From: Octopus sinensis
Lineage: Eukaryota
DNA: 64,000 nt
Direction: 5' to 3'
Assembly: GCF_006345805.1 (NCBI RefSeq)
Contig: NC_043015.1
Location: forward strand, 14,198,001 to 14,262,000
The translations under genes and the position numbers were made by a program. The first letter of the stretch is position 1. Each line of letters starts with the position of its first letter. The notes under the pieces were generated by a model. That model made no database searches and was not told where the DNA came from. It saw nothing but the letters and a program-made list of their open reading frames with translations. This document shows, in pieces, positions 24,589 through 36,916 of the stretch.

Positions 24589-25249
24589 ATAAAACTTACT
24601 TGGAAATGGATGTGTGGTGTTTGATCACATAATAATATAAATAATATATATATATGCATATATATACATACATATATGTGCATACCTACATATATATGTA
24701 TATATACATGCACATATGGATACACGACATCAAAAAAACGAGAACATAAAAAACAAAAACATGGAAAACAAACCTATTTTTCAAACAACAAAAGAAACAA
24801 CTAGAGAAACGAGACAGGCAACATAAAGAACATTCCCTTCATCAGTTGTCCCCTGTTTTATCTACTCCACGTTTCGAACATAGGGATAAGATGCGACTTC
24901 ATTAAAGCAGTTATTCCTGCAAAGCAAATTTTTAAAATTTGGGATTTGTGGAGGGTTAAAGTGGAGACAAAAACAGGACAGTGAGAACAAAGCAATAAAA
25001 ACAAATGGTAACGGCTGTTCAGCCATAACGAGGTGAAGTGGTGGACAAAATTAGATTCTGTGCCCAATGTAGGACTTGAACGCACAACATTCACGTTATT
25101 AACATGACACTATTCAACAATTTTGTTGTTAAGTAATTTATTAGCTATGCTTACCTATTAAGTTTTAACATTACAGCATAAATTTCTGAGTATTTGCAAT
25201 AAAATTGTATAATTCTTATAAATGATCCATTTTCATCAATTCCTTTTAG

Positions 25250-25357
25250 GACTTCATATGACTGATCATGATTACTATGATGGAAGACGAGAAAACTATG
25301 AAGAAAACTGGTACCCTTATTCTGTGGAAGAAACAAACTTAAATAGTCGCAGGAGAA
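25250..25357 (+). CDS. Shank: probable Shank linker exon
   Basis: tccttttag|GA CTT...AGA A|gtaaat; 108 nt, phase 1/1, open in the required frame: GLHMTDHDYYDGRRENYEENWYPYSVEETNLNSRRR; no homology recognised. Confidence 0.75.
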
Positions 25358-25676
25358 GTAAATATTTTGATTTCTTTAATATTGTACATTTTACTTCAGT
25401 TTGCAAATATTGTTTGTTAGTTTAAGGTGGAGCTGTCTATATATGACAAGAAACAGAAAATAAAAAGCTTTCTTCTGTTTCTGTTTACATTTCCAGTTTC
25501 ATTTCATGCTTTAAAGAGATTTACTGCTTTGTATTTCATTATATTTTAAAAGTATGAACCAATATGTCATTCAAATTTTGCTTTGTTGATTGTTTTGTGT
25601 TGTTAAACGAGTCATTCTCCTTGTCTCAGTCTACCTGATGAAAATATACATCACCTGCACTTTACAGCTGAGTGGC

Positions 25677-26790
25677 TACGAGGTGGTATTAAAAAGTTCC
25701 CAGACTAGTTCTGTAGATGGCAATACAAGGTTGTGTGTGCAGTGAGAGCTGGCAGTGACCTTCATGAGGCAGTGTGCCTGTTGAGGTCGCTGTGTTTATT
25801 TTGCAAGTGAAATTTGTGTTTTTGTGATCACATGTATGCTGTTGTTCATAATTTTGTCATGGTTGGAACAAAGTGCCAATGTGAAATTTTGCATTAAACT
25901 TGGAAAGTCTGCCACAGAGACATTGAGCATGCTTTGGCAAGCTTACAGCAGTTGCCACAATGGAAGAGCCCTTCATCTCCATGACCGAAGAAGGCATGAC
26001 AGAGCTGCAGTTCAATCAATAACATGCTCGTCGTTTTTCTCAACATCCGCAGTATTGTGCATCAAAAGTTCATTTCAGGGAAGACATTCAGCGAAAGCAA
26101 CCGGATCTTTGGAGCATGAAGAATTGGATCCTTCATGATGACAATGTACCCTGTCACCAAGCTCTCCTCAGTCATGAGTTTCTCGCTAAAAACAACATGG
26201 TATCACTTCCGTACATCTCTTCTCCAAGATGAAAAGGCAGCTCAAAGATCACTATTTTAACACTGTCGTTGAAATCCTGAGTGAATTGCAGAAGGTCCTT
26301 AACCTCATCATCATCATCATCATCGTTTAATGTCCACTTTCCATGCTAGCATGGGTTGGACGATTTGACTGAGGACTGGCGAACCAGATGGCTGCACCAG
26401 GCTCCAATCTTGATCCGGCAGAGTTTCTACTGCTGGATGCTCTTCCTAATGCCAACCACTCCGAGAGTGTAGTGGGTGCTTTTATGTGCCACCAGCATGA
26501 GGGCCAGTCAGGCGGTATTGGCGACGGCCACAACATTTTTTTTTTTACGTGTCGCCTGCATACCGGCACAAGTGCCAGTAAGGCGACGTTGGTAACAATC
26601 ATGCTCGAATGGTGCTTTTACTTATGGAAAACGAATTCCAGGCCAGATTCAAAAAAGTGGCTGAAACTCTGGGGTCAGTGTGTTGCTGCGGAAGGTTACT
26701 ATTTCGAAGGAGATAATGTTAAAACTTAAGTAAATAAGTTATTTTTAATTAAACATAACTAGACCTGGACCTTTTTGATACCATCTTGTA
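25677..26790 (+). mobile_element. internally deleted mariner element with nested LINE-tail insertion (~26305-26620)
   Basis: TIRs TACGAGGTGGTATTAAAAAGTTCCCAGACTAG / CTAGACCTGGACCTTTTTGATACCATCTTGTA; EQSANVKFCIKLGKSATET and WLKLWGQCVAAEGYYFEGD remnants. Confidence 0.9.
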
Positions 26791-28560
26791 TTTTCTTTAA
26801 GAATATTCAGTTGTAAAATTATTTGGAGGACAATGAAAATGCTTTGAACATCCTCCTGAAAAACTTCATCACCAAAACAAACAAGCATAGAAACAGTTTT
26901 GGACTGATTTGAAACATTACTTTTCCATTATTGGATTTGTTTGATTTGATTTATGTAGAAACATAATTAATAATAACAATAATTATCATAACTGTCTTGG
27001 TTTTGAGGTTAAGATTGTAAAAATTAACCTGGGTTTGCACGCGCTAAACAAATTTTGTTCCCGTGTTTATTATTGGCTCCATCAATATACAGATTATTAT
27101 GAAAAGTGGATGTAATAACGTATTTATAAAAAGGAAAATTGTATCATGCAGTAACCAACACTCTGAAAAGTACAGGGGTCAATGAAATAAATCCCAATAA
27201 AATGTAAAATTCTAGGATTTTCACTACAACTGGGATCCCTTTAAAATAGATTGGCAGCGATTTTCTCAAGCCACCCCAGAAATTAAATTTGCAAGAGGGA
27301 TATTTTACATAGACAAACTGAGCTTTCTATAAAACATATATGAAATTATTTCATCTCCACAGAGATTTGTGTTTGTTGTTATGATTCTTGATCAACACCA
27401 ATTTTTGCACTGTGGAAAAGACAATTTTTTAATCATATTCTGAATCTGTTAAGAATGTGTAGTAAGTCCCATAACCTATTGTGTACTATAATGGCATCAC
27501 TTGATGATTATATATTCTTATAGTGTATCTAGGGTGAGTGAGTCTAGTAATGCCTAGACAGCACAGAACATTGTGTACTCTGAGTCCATAGACAACTTAT
27601 GTTGTTGTTTTTGCTGTTGTTGGTGGTGGCGGCAGTTGTCATGATGGTGGTGGTGGTGGTGGTGGTGGCGGCAGTGGTGGCACCAGGATAAAACACCATG
27701 GCCCCCTTTTATGTGTATGTAGGATAGGTTTAACATGCCACCTGGTTCTTTGGCAAAATTGTAAACATTTAAAACACTCCTCCATTGTGAAGGTGATGTA
27801 ATATTTTGATGTTAAGCTTTTAACTGCATCTTTCTTTGCCTAATATCACTTTTTGCTAGTGAAATAGGTTCCCAGTGGAATCCCACCACCATATAGGACA
27901 GGGCCTATCCTGAAGAGTTACACTTCATGAAGCTACTTTGTCAACTGGCACATAGTCATATCCTCACCTCCCTTAGTTCATAACTGGCTGCCAGTGAACA
28001 CAGAATTTTGAGAATTCTGCATGTGGCCACTGGCTTCCAGAGATCAAAGCATTGTTTAGAACTAACTCATTGGTCATGGCTGCCTCTTCCCATTGAAACT
28101 ACTTCACAAATATCTGCATACTTTAGCCTGATCAGGACCTCAACTAAGGGCATGTCTTATTCCTCTCTGAAACCCAAATCTCTTATCAATTCTACTAAGT
28201 GTTGCTGCTACATATAGCAATGTTCTCTACCTACACATGGTTTCATTTAACAGTTAGAAAGATTGAGTTTAGTGTGCCTTTGCCATGGGCATGATGAATA
28301 TTTAACACATTCATGGCTACATGTACCACTAGTGGTTCATCACAAACTTCACACAATCCCCATATGTACCACTGGTTATGCACCTATACTATAATGGAGA
28401 AAGCTGCTTATTAATTAGGTATGTAACAATTACTAAAAGTGCTAAAAGAAAGCAATAATTAAAGGGTTGACCATCTGGAAATATTTTTATAAATTCATGT
28501 TCTAAGAAATTCCCTATAATTTCGATTTCTCAAGTTTATTGAATTTTTTTTAACTTCAAT

Positions 28561-29307
28561 TTCTCACAAATTTAAATATTCATTGCATTCACTGCATCCA
28601 ATTCTTCAAAAATTTAAATATTCATTGCATTCACTGCATCCAATTCTTCAAAAATTTAAATATTCATTGCATTCACTGCATCCAATTCTTCAAAAATTTA
28701 ATATTCATTGCATTCACTGCATCCAATTCTTCAAAAATTTAAATATTCATTTCATTCACTGCATCCAATTCTTCAAAAATTTAAATATTCATTTCATTCA
28801 CTGCATCCAATTCTTCACAAATTTAAATATTCATTGCATTCACTGCATCCAATTCTTCAAAAATTTAAATATTCATTGCATTCACTGCATCCAATTCTTC
28901 AAAAATTTAAATATTCATTTCATTCACTGCATCCAATTCTTCAAAAATTTAAATATTCATTGCATTCACTGCATCCATTCTTCAAAAATTAAATATTCAT
29001 TGCATTCACTGCATCCAATTCTTCAAAAATTTAAATATTCATTTCATTCACTGCATCCAATTCTTCAAAAATTTAAATATTCATTTCATTCACTGCATCC
29101 AATTCTTCAAAAATTTAAATATTCATTTCATTCACTGCATCCAATTCTTCAAAAATTTAAATATTCATTGCATTCACTGCATCCAATTCTTCAAAAATTT
29201 AAATATTCATTTCATTCACTGCATCCAATTCTTCAAAAATTTAAATATTCATTGCATTCACTGCATCCAATTCTTCAAAAATTTAAATATTCATTGCATT
29301 CACTGCA
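28561..29307. repeat. 42-bp minisatellite, ~18 copies
   Basis: unit aatattcatt(g/t)cattcactgcatccaattcttcaaaaattta; only a G/T variant, one A/C change and a few 1-bp deletions. Confidence 0.97.
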
Positions 29308-30726
29308 GAGTATTCCATTTTCATTTGCAAGGTCTCTCACTTTCTCTTTTAAGTTTAAATTTGCTATTTGGAAAATTGATAGTTTATACTATTAATGTAT
29401 ACATAATGTAAAAACGTTATTTATTGAATGAAAATTTTTTTAAATATTCATATAATTTTTGAACACGGGATAGCTTTGAGAAGAGCCTAGAGTACCAACA
29501 AGTACTCAAAACTTGCACCTTATTTACAGTTTCCAAATACTCTGTACCACTAAGCCAATATATAAACAAACAAGTTGCATGAGTGACTTCAACAGTAACA
29601 CACACACACACACACATCAACACACACACTCACACTTACACATAGATACACACACACACAAATGAAAGGCAATGAATGCGTGTGCATGTGTGTGCTGTTC
29701 ACTGACAAAACTTCAGGCTGCATCACTTTTAATTTTGAAGAGAAACTAATGGTTTTTGCGTGTTCTTGAATGGCTTACAAACATCTTCCACACTGCAATT
29801 GTTTTTGTTTCAGCACACAACTTCAGATCAAGTCACTTGCTATGCAAGTACATCTCCATAATTTTTTTAAATCACCTTGGACAAATGCCAGCAATGACCT
29901 TCTCAGGCTCTCCAATATTTTTATTTCTAAACAGAAGTAATTGGGGGCGGGGAGTGGGGTTGCAAAAAATTCCTAATTTCTCAAATTTTCATTTTTGTAG
30001 CATATAAATGTAATTGGGGGGAAAATATTGAAAAATATCAATACATGCAAGAGTGAAAAAGAAACGAGGAGGGTTGTCTTTGGATGTGCCGCAAATCATA
30101 CTTAAATCACTCACTTTTCCCTCTGAAAATATTAACAATTTAAAAATTTTTACCAAAGATGCTCTTTCCATGGTTTTGAAGTGCCGAAAAAAAATTAGCC
30201 AAAATAGGTCTGGAGTGAGATGATGAGGGAGCGGGTTGTTAAAAAAAAGAGTTTTCAAAACTTTTTCATATAAAGATGCTCCCCCTGTCCATCCTCCATC
30301 GTTTCGAAGGCTGTGGTTTAAAAACAAAAATGGGGAAAATTCCCAAAAACATTTTCCCCACAAATTTCTTTATAATCGTAATCTATGCTGTTTGACAGGG
30401 ATTTGTATAAAATTTCATTAAAAGATACCCATCTTCCTGAAAGTTATAAGGGGAAAAGTCAGATTGTGTGAATTTTCTGAAACTCCTCTATCCACCCCCT
30501 TGCAAAAATTCTTTCTCATAAATCCCTATATACTCTGAAGCCACAACATCTAAGCAGTATTTATAGAAAATTTTGCTAAAAAGTATCCATTTTCTAGATG
30601 TTATGAGGCAACAAAGTTGGGGGCATATACATCTGTAGTAATGCCCATTTATTTGTAAGATTTTTTTTATTTCATGTTTATTTCATTCATTGTTTGCAAT
30701 ATTCTCTCTCTCTCCCCCTCTCTCTT

Positions 30727-30760
<34 letters not shown>

Positions 30761-30875
30761 TGCAAAGCTTACAGATGGGCTGCTGAATTGAAATCTCTAT
30801 GTTGCTTTGAGGGAAAGGTAAAACTTGACAAACTGCTTCTCCCTCTGTTGTTGGACTACCATGATGTTTGTTTAA

Positions 30876-31085
30876 CCCTTTAGTGTTTAATCCGGCCCAA
30901 ATATTCTATATGTTTTATATTCAAACTGGCGATATCTAACCTCTCACACCTAACCTACATTGACATTCTAAAAATAAACAATCACATCATTGAAACCCCA
31001 AAGCTATAAGATAATGCTTTATTAATTCAAAACAATTTGAGTAAAAAAATATTACATTTAACTGAGTAATCTGAATACTAAAGGG
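30876..31085. mobile_element. piggyBac-type MITE, inverted relative to 31819
   Basis: TTAA|CCCTTTAG...CTAAAGGG|TTAA. Confidence 0.85.
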
Positions 31086-31818
31086 TTAAAAAAGAGAGAT
31101 TATGACTTTGATAAAATAATGAAAGCAATATTTACTAAGCAAGTGAGCACTATTATACAAATAAATAATTTGACGTGAAATATGAAAATTATTACAATTG
31201 GGAATCAAATGTGAAAATATTACCAAGGAACTAGTTTTCATAATTTGAGAAAATATTTTATTCTGTATTTTTGACATGGTTTCAAGGATATTTAAATAAC
31301 ATGAGTGCTAAATATTAAAGTTTACTTATGAAATATTGTAAAAATACAAAATAAATTACATTTCATTGTAATTAAATGATATGCTGTGTGACTAGAATTA
31401 CATGGCATCATCTTTAAGTTCCAGTAATAGGTTGTGGCAGTTAATGTGTTAATACATCATATATATGCACTTTGTGGTCTCAGTATGACTACTCTGATTA
31501 TATAAGAAAATTTTACTTTGTATATTGATTCCTCTTTGAAAAGACTGACAAATCAGTTTTACTCTTAGGCAATAGTGTAAGACCACTTTTTTAACTGATT
31601 AACCCTTTCACTGTGAAATTAAATTTAATAGTTATTCCAGTAAGGATATTAAATGTCTATCCAAAGTAGAACTGGTATTTTCCATGAGTCAGGTTGCTTC
31701 AATAAACTCAACATGTCTCAACAGAAAACAGCTTCAAGCAAGACATTCACAACAAAAGATAGATTGGTATATAAAACCACTTTCCACAGATAAGCACTCT
31801 CCACTGTAAAAGGTTTAA

Positions 31819-32088
31819 CCCTTTAACATTCAAATTAATCTGTCAAATGTAATCCTTATTTATTCAATTCACATTATTTTGAATTAATCATCCATTATCT
31901 CATATCTTTTATACTTCAATGAAGTGATTGCTCTATTCTCTGAATGACATTGTAGGCTAGATGTGAGAAACCAGATCTGGCCAGTTTACACATAAAACAA
32001 GTAGTATGTTTGGGCTGGATATGGCCAGTTTGAACATAAAACAAGTAGAATATTTGGGGCGGATATGGCCTGTTTAAATGATAAAGAG
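31819..32088. mobile_element. piggyBac-type MITE with internal ~50-bp duplication
   Basis: TTAA|CCCTTTAAC...GATAAAGAG|TTAA; ggccagttt..cataaaacaagtag occurs twice. Confidence 0.85.
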
Positions 32089-32214
32089 TTAATTTTACTC
32101 TTTATTGCTTTCAGTTCTAACATTAACCTTATTAAGACCCAAATATATCTCCATAAGAACTTGAATTCTGCACTCCACTATTCGATTCATTTCATTGGCT
32201 TTGTTTTGTTTCAG

Positions 32215-32314
32215 CCTGTTCCCTTGGTGATCTTGATGCTGACACTGAGTATTTTCAACGGAAAACTATAAAACAACGAGCTTTGTTTAATCACTTGGGA
32301 AGGCATTTTATCAA
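32215..32314 (+). CDS. Shank: probable Shank linker exon (phase 1 to 2)
   Basis: ctttgttttgtttcag|CC TGT...ATC AA|gtaagt; 100 nt; only the phase-1 frame is open: TCSLGDLDADTEYFQRKTIKQRALFNHLGRHFI; donor phase 2 equals that of the 50551 exon. Confidence 0.7.
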
Positions 32315-32519
32315 GTAAGTAGCTAATTTTATTACCTCTGAAGTATTTATTTACTTAATTGTGTGTCTATGCTATAAAACAAGATTTTAATTATTCTATT
32401 AAGGAAACATTTTATCAAACAAGTAACTAATTTTATTGGACAACCTATGAATTTACTAGTCAACTCAAGCCCAAAATGACTATTTTCACTCCTATTCATT
32501 AGATAAATTATCTCTATGG

Positions 32520-32553
<34 letters not shown>

Positions 32554-32594
32554 ACATGTGTGTTTACATATGTATATATATATATATTTATTTA

Positions 32595-32725
32595 TTCTTA
32601 AAAAGAATGGTGTTGACAGTGACTTCAAAGTGTTGGCCAGCTAAGCCAGTGTCAGACTGCAATCCAACAATGGCTTAGCTAGCCAAAACTTCGAAGTCAC
32701 TCTCAACAACGTTCTTGTTTAAGAA
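32595..32725. other. isolated long hairpin (~54-bp arms, 22-nt loop)
   Basis: ttcttaaaaagaatggtgttgacagtgacttcaaagtgttggccagctaagcca pairs with tggcttagctagccaaaacttcgaagtcactctcaacaacgttcttgtttaagaa. Confidence 0.8.
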
Positions 32726-33984
32726 TGATGAATATTTACTCTACAACAATATAGAGTAATCAATCAGATTTATGTAAAATTGTTTTTTGATAACTGAATG
32801 TAAAAGCAAACATTGATATATATATAGAGGGCGTCAAAATAAATCAACATTACATTTTCTTATCTTTGGAAACAAATTAAATGGAAAATACGTGAAGAAA
32901 ATTCTGGAAGATTGTTATTAAAAGTATCACAATGGGAAGTTATTTCACCTATATATATTAGTAATCATGTAAAATATAGTGTTGAGAGGTTCTTATCACA
33001 CTGTTATAGCTTCTTCCTAGTGTGTATAAGTTTACAATTAAGCTTCTTTTTTTTTTTTTCTTCATAGAATAGCTCAACATTCATGTAGTTACTCTTCTGT
33101 ATCAATAAATACATGCTAAGATGAGTGGATGATAGTGACGAAGGCCTGTGGCCAGTTCTGAGGTCACCCCTGGAGGCTGTCATTGAGATCAAATGTGGAT
33201 TTGTCATGAAAACAAACTGACCCAAATTTGATGAATAAATCTCAAAAACTAAAAACACTGTTTTAGTTTTTCCTGAGATAGTCAATGTGGATGGTTTTTA
33301 TGGTTGGATGCCTTTCCTAATGCCAACCACTCCACAGAGTTTACTGGGTGTTTTTAATGTGGTACCATAACCAGTGCTTTTTATATGGCACCAGCTACCA
33401 CACAAATGCTTTTTATGTGACATCTTGGTTTGAGGATCTCAATTCTGTTGTGGTGGGTAAATTGACATGATATGAAAGTTCTTAAAGCATAACTGAAATC
33501 AGCTCCCAAAAGGTAGAAAAGATAGATACCTTTCATGTAAAAAAAAAGTTCTTTTTTTGCCAAATGCAGCTCAGTGTTGTCAGTATGATTTGATTAGCTG
33601 ACTGTTATTCTTATCTAAAAATGTCTTTCATTCATTCATTTTTTTCATGTCCCATTCTATTGTGGACCTTTCTGTTGACACAAGCTAGGGAGGAGAACAT
33701 TTTTTTCATTCTATTCTTGTTTTTATTTAGAAACCTCTCCCTATGACATTAAAATATTTTATTTCTAGTGAGATTGTTACTGAGAGTGTGGGAATTCTTT
33801 TATAGGTTTTTCTAGACTTACTGGAGTGTATATCATTTCACACAAGCCAAGTTTCATTATTGTTTGCAGAGCGTAATCTTTGTTGTTTTGCTGTAAATAA
33901 CAGCTATAACTAAATTATTTAGGTTTATAACAGTTATTGGCAGTAAAATAACAAAGAATATACTCCATAAATAATAATGTTTTC

Positions 33985-34420
33985 TTATTTAGTCACAAGG
34001 CCAGCAGATTTTTGGGTGGGGTAATAGTTGATATCATCAACCCCCATACTTGACAGGTACTTTATTTTATGGACCTGAGAGAATGAAAGACAAAGCTAAT
34101 CTGAGTTGGAATTGAACTCAAAATGTGAAGAGCTAAAATGAATGCCATAAAGCAATTTTGTCTGATGCTTTAATGATACTGCCTGTTCAGTAAATAATAA
34201 TAGTTTCTACTGTAGAAACAAGGCCTGAATTTTGGCGGGAGGGAAACCAGTCAATTACATCCATTCTAGCACTCAATTGCTACTTTATTTTACCAAAAAA
34301 CTGAAAGGCAAAGTATACCTTGGCAGTATTTGAACTCAGAATGTAAATCTGAAACAAATGCCATTAAGCACTTTGTCTGATGTACTAACAATTCTGCCAG
34401 CTTGCCACTTTAGTTAACAA
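33985..34420 (-). mobile_element. two tandem family D copies
   Basis: two successive reverse-complement family D bodies. Confidence 0.65.
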
Positions 34421-34826
34421 TAATTCAAAATAAATGAAATTATATGTGCTCCCCTCAGTTTGTTGTTATTTCTCTGATGAATTCTAACAAATTATTCATG
34501 GAAGAAAATAAATAGAATCCTGTTCACAAATTATCTACAGGGGATTTAAAATTTAAAAACATTTACAAAATTTACTTATGTTTATACATTTATATATACC
34601 TACATTTATTCAAGTCTATACATTCATTTATACCTACATTAAATATGAGGACTTAAATTTTACAATAATTTCTATTATACTGAATTTAAACTAATCCAAG
34701 TAGAATTTTTCCTGCATTATTCAATTATTAGCATATCTGTGTCGTCAAAAATGCTGACAGTTTTATTGGTAATAGGAAATGGCACATCAACACAATGGGA
34801 GAAACCATTGATGAGTTTCAGCAATA

Positions 34827-35052
34827 TACAAGGGGATGCTGAAAAGTTCCTGGCTGTGGGTAAAAGAAAATTCAGGAGGATCAGTTTAATTAGGATTTTA
34901 TTCAATGTATTCCGTTCTCAGATTCGCACACTTATTGCAACAGTCCTTCAGTTAGTTGTAAGCTCTGTAAAACAACGAGGAAGGTTGAGCCTCCACACAT
35001 GCCTTTCGTGTTACCCTTGAAGCTAGGAAATTTTCAGCATCCACCTCATGTA
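34827..35052. mobile_element. mariner-derived MITE, same family as 5094 in opposite orientation
   Basis: TACAAGGGGATGCTGAAAAGTTCCTGGC...AGGAAATTTTCAGCATCCACCTCATGTA. Confidence 0.85.
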
Positions 35053-35334
35053 TGTATTCACAGAACTGAAGCACTTGAAGAATCAGATATGGTTGTAATG
35101 TCTCAGTTGAAAATATTGTCTACATAATGCATGTGTGTGTACACATACGCACACACACACGTGTGTGTATATATATATATTTATATATATATGCATGCAT
35201 ATATATGGAGGTCTTCTTTCAGTTTCATACATATATAAATATGTATGAGTGTGTGTGTATAATATATATATATATATATAAGGAAAATAAGACAAGGTAG
35301 AAAATGCTAAAATAATTTTATCATGAAGAACATT

Positions 35335-35372
35335 TTAGTACCGGTTTCAGCCTTTGCGACTTTTTCAACTTA
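35335..35372 (-). ncRNA. minimal hammerhead-like motif, U3-A8 core, in a PLE-type remnant
   Basis: minus strand TAAG TTGAAAA AGTC-GCAAA-GGCT GAA ACCGGT A CTAA; palindromic stem III ACCGGT; weak stem I. Confidence 0.5.
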
Positions 35373-36492
35373 GAGAGTAAAGCATGAAAAGCAATTAAAT
35401 TGTGGAAAAATTAAATGAAATGTTTTTTAAAAATATCTCTGTAGTTTTCAAATGCAAGGGACATTTTCCATTTTTCTGTCTGTCTCTGTCTCTCTTTTTT
35501 AATCTTGTGGGTTCTTGGTAGTTAGCAGCAACTAGTTTGATATGGATTCTTGTCTTTGATTGTTTAAGCAGCAGTATTAGTAGAGAAAGGAGGTGGCAAA
35601 GAAGAAGAAGAAGGAAGAAGGGAAAGAACAATAAAAATGTGGGAGTGGTATGACAGTAGCAGGATGTTGGTGGAGTCCTCTTAAATGGTCAAGTGACGTA
35701 AAAGTGAACCGTTGTGGTTGTAATAGTAGTGATTGGAATTGTTCAAATTAATTAATGTGAAATGACTGGTTTGAATATATCATTTTCAATATTTGCATGG
35801 GTGTTATTCTAAGGCCCTGGTGATAGTGTCATTTGTGGTGGATGCATTCAAAAGGGATTTATATTTTGTAATAAAGAATGACTCTTTACTAATGCGCTGA
35901 CTACAGGTTTGTCGTCCCTGAATTGATAAAAGAGAAAAATTCTGAAGCTGGGTAGTTTATTATTGGCACAAATGTCGATGTGTTCGCTGAATGCTATTTT
36001 ACTGTTTTTCAGAATTTTGATCTGGGATCTGTACAGAGCCATCCTTTGATATACACTGATTTTGGCTTGGCCTACATATTGCTCTCAACACCCAGAGCAG
36101 GTTAATACATATATCAGGTTTTCCAAAGCAAATGTGAAATTGCTTTTCACTGTGAAACGTTGACCTGGTTTGAAAGCGAACTCTAATTCCTCAATTAGGT
36201 TGACGCACATACTGCAGTTAGGTCTTCCACATTTTTTTACTCACGGCTTCAGTGTTGTTATTGAGCACATTCGGACTTGTGCTAGGAGACTTTTCATAGA
36301 TTTGCGGTGTCTTTTACTCTTTATGATGGTGTGCATTTGGAGGATTAAATTCATTCTGGGGTCGTTTTTAGTAGGGGAACGTTTTGGAGGATGGTGTCTA
36401 AGGTTTCATTGATCAGAGAGTTGTATGTGGAGATGCTTGTGTGTGGAAATGTAAGTATGTATATATGTATATATATATATATATATATGTAT

Positions 36493-36876
36493 GTGGAGGC
36501 GCAATGGCCCAGTGGTCAGGGCAGCGGACTCGCGGTCGTAGGATCGCGGTTTCGATTCCCAGACCGGGCGTTGTGAGTGTTTATTGAGCGAAAACACCTA
36601 AAAAGCTCCACGAGGCTCCGGCAGGGATGGTGGTGATCCCTGCTGTACTCTTTCACCACAACTTTCTCTCACTCTTACTTTCTGTTTCTGTTGTACCTGT
36701 ATTTCAAAGGGCCGGCCTTGACACTCTCTGTGTCACGCTGAATATCCCCGCGAACTACGTTAAGGGTACACGTGTCTGTGGAGTGCTCAGCCACTTACAC
36801 GTTAATTTCACGAGCATGCTGTTCCGTTGATCAGATCAACCGGAACCCTCGTTGTTGTAACCGACAGAGTGCTTCC
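36493..36876 (+). mobile_element. tRNA-derived SINE, family B variant, young
   Basis: A box TGGCCCAGTGG, B box GGTTTCGATTCC; CpG-rich; 3' ~190 bp shared with 18142-18470; inserted in (TA)n. Confidence 0.9.
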
Positions 36877-36880
36877 TATG

Positions 36881-36911
<31 letters not shown>

Positions 36912-36916
36912 GTCTA

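Noticed and set aside
27524-27533. Possible 10-nt microexon tag|TGTATCTAGG|gtgagt (phase 1 to 2)
   Set aside because: Good donor but poor polypyrimidine tract, not frame-preserving alongside the 32215 exon, and no independent support.
28583-29395. 270-aa ORF with SLHSLHPILQKFKY repeats; array considered as CRISPR
   Set aside because: Product of the stop-free 42-bp minisatellite, and the frame shifts at 1-bp deletions. Units abut with no unique spacers and there are no cas genes; eukaryotic intron.
36493-36570. tRNA gene
   Set aside because: A/B boxes belong to a SINE head that runs into SINE body; no complete cloverleaf. The same applies to family A, B and D heads.
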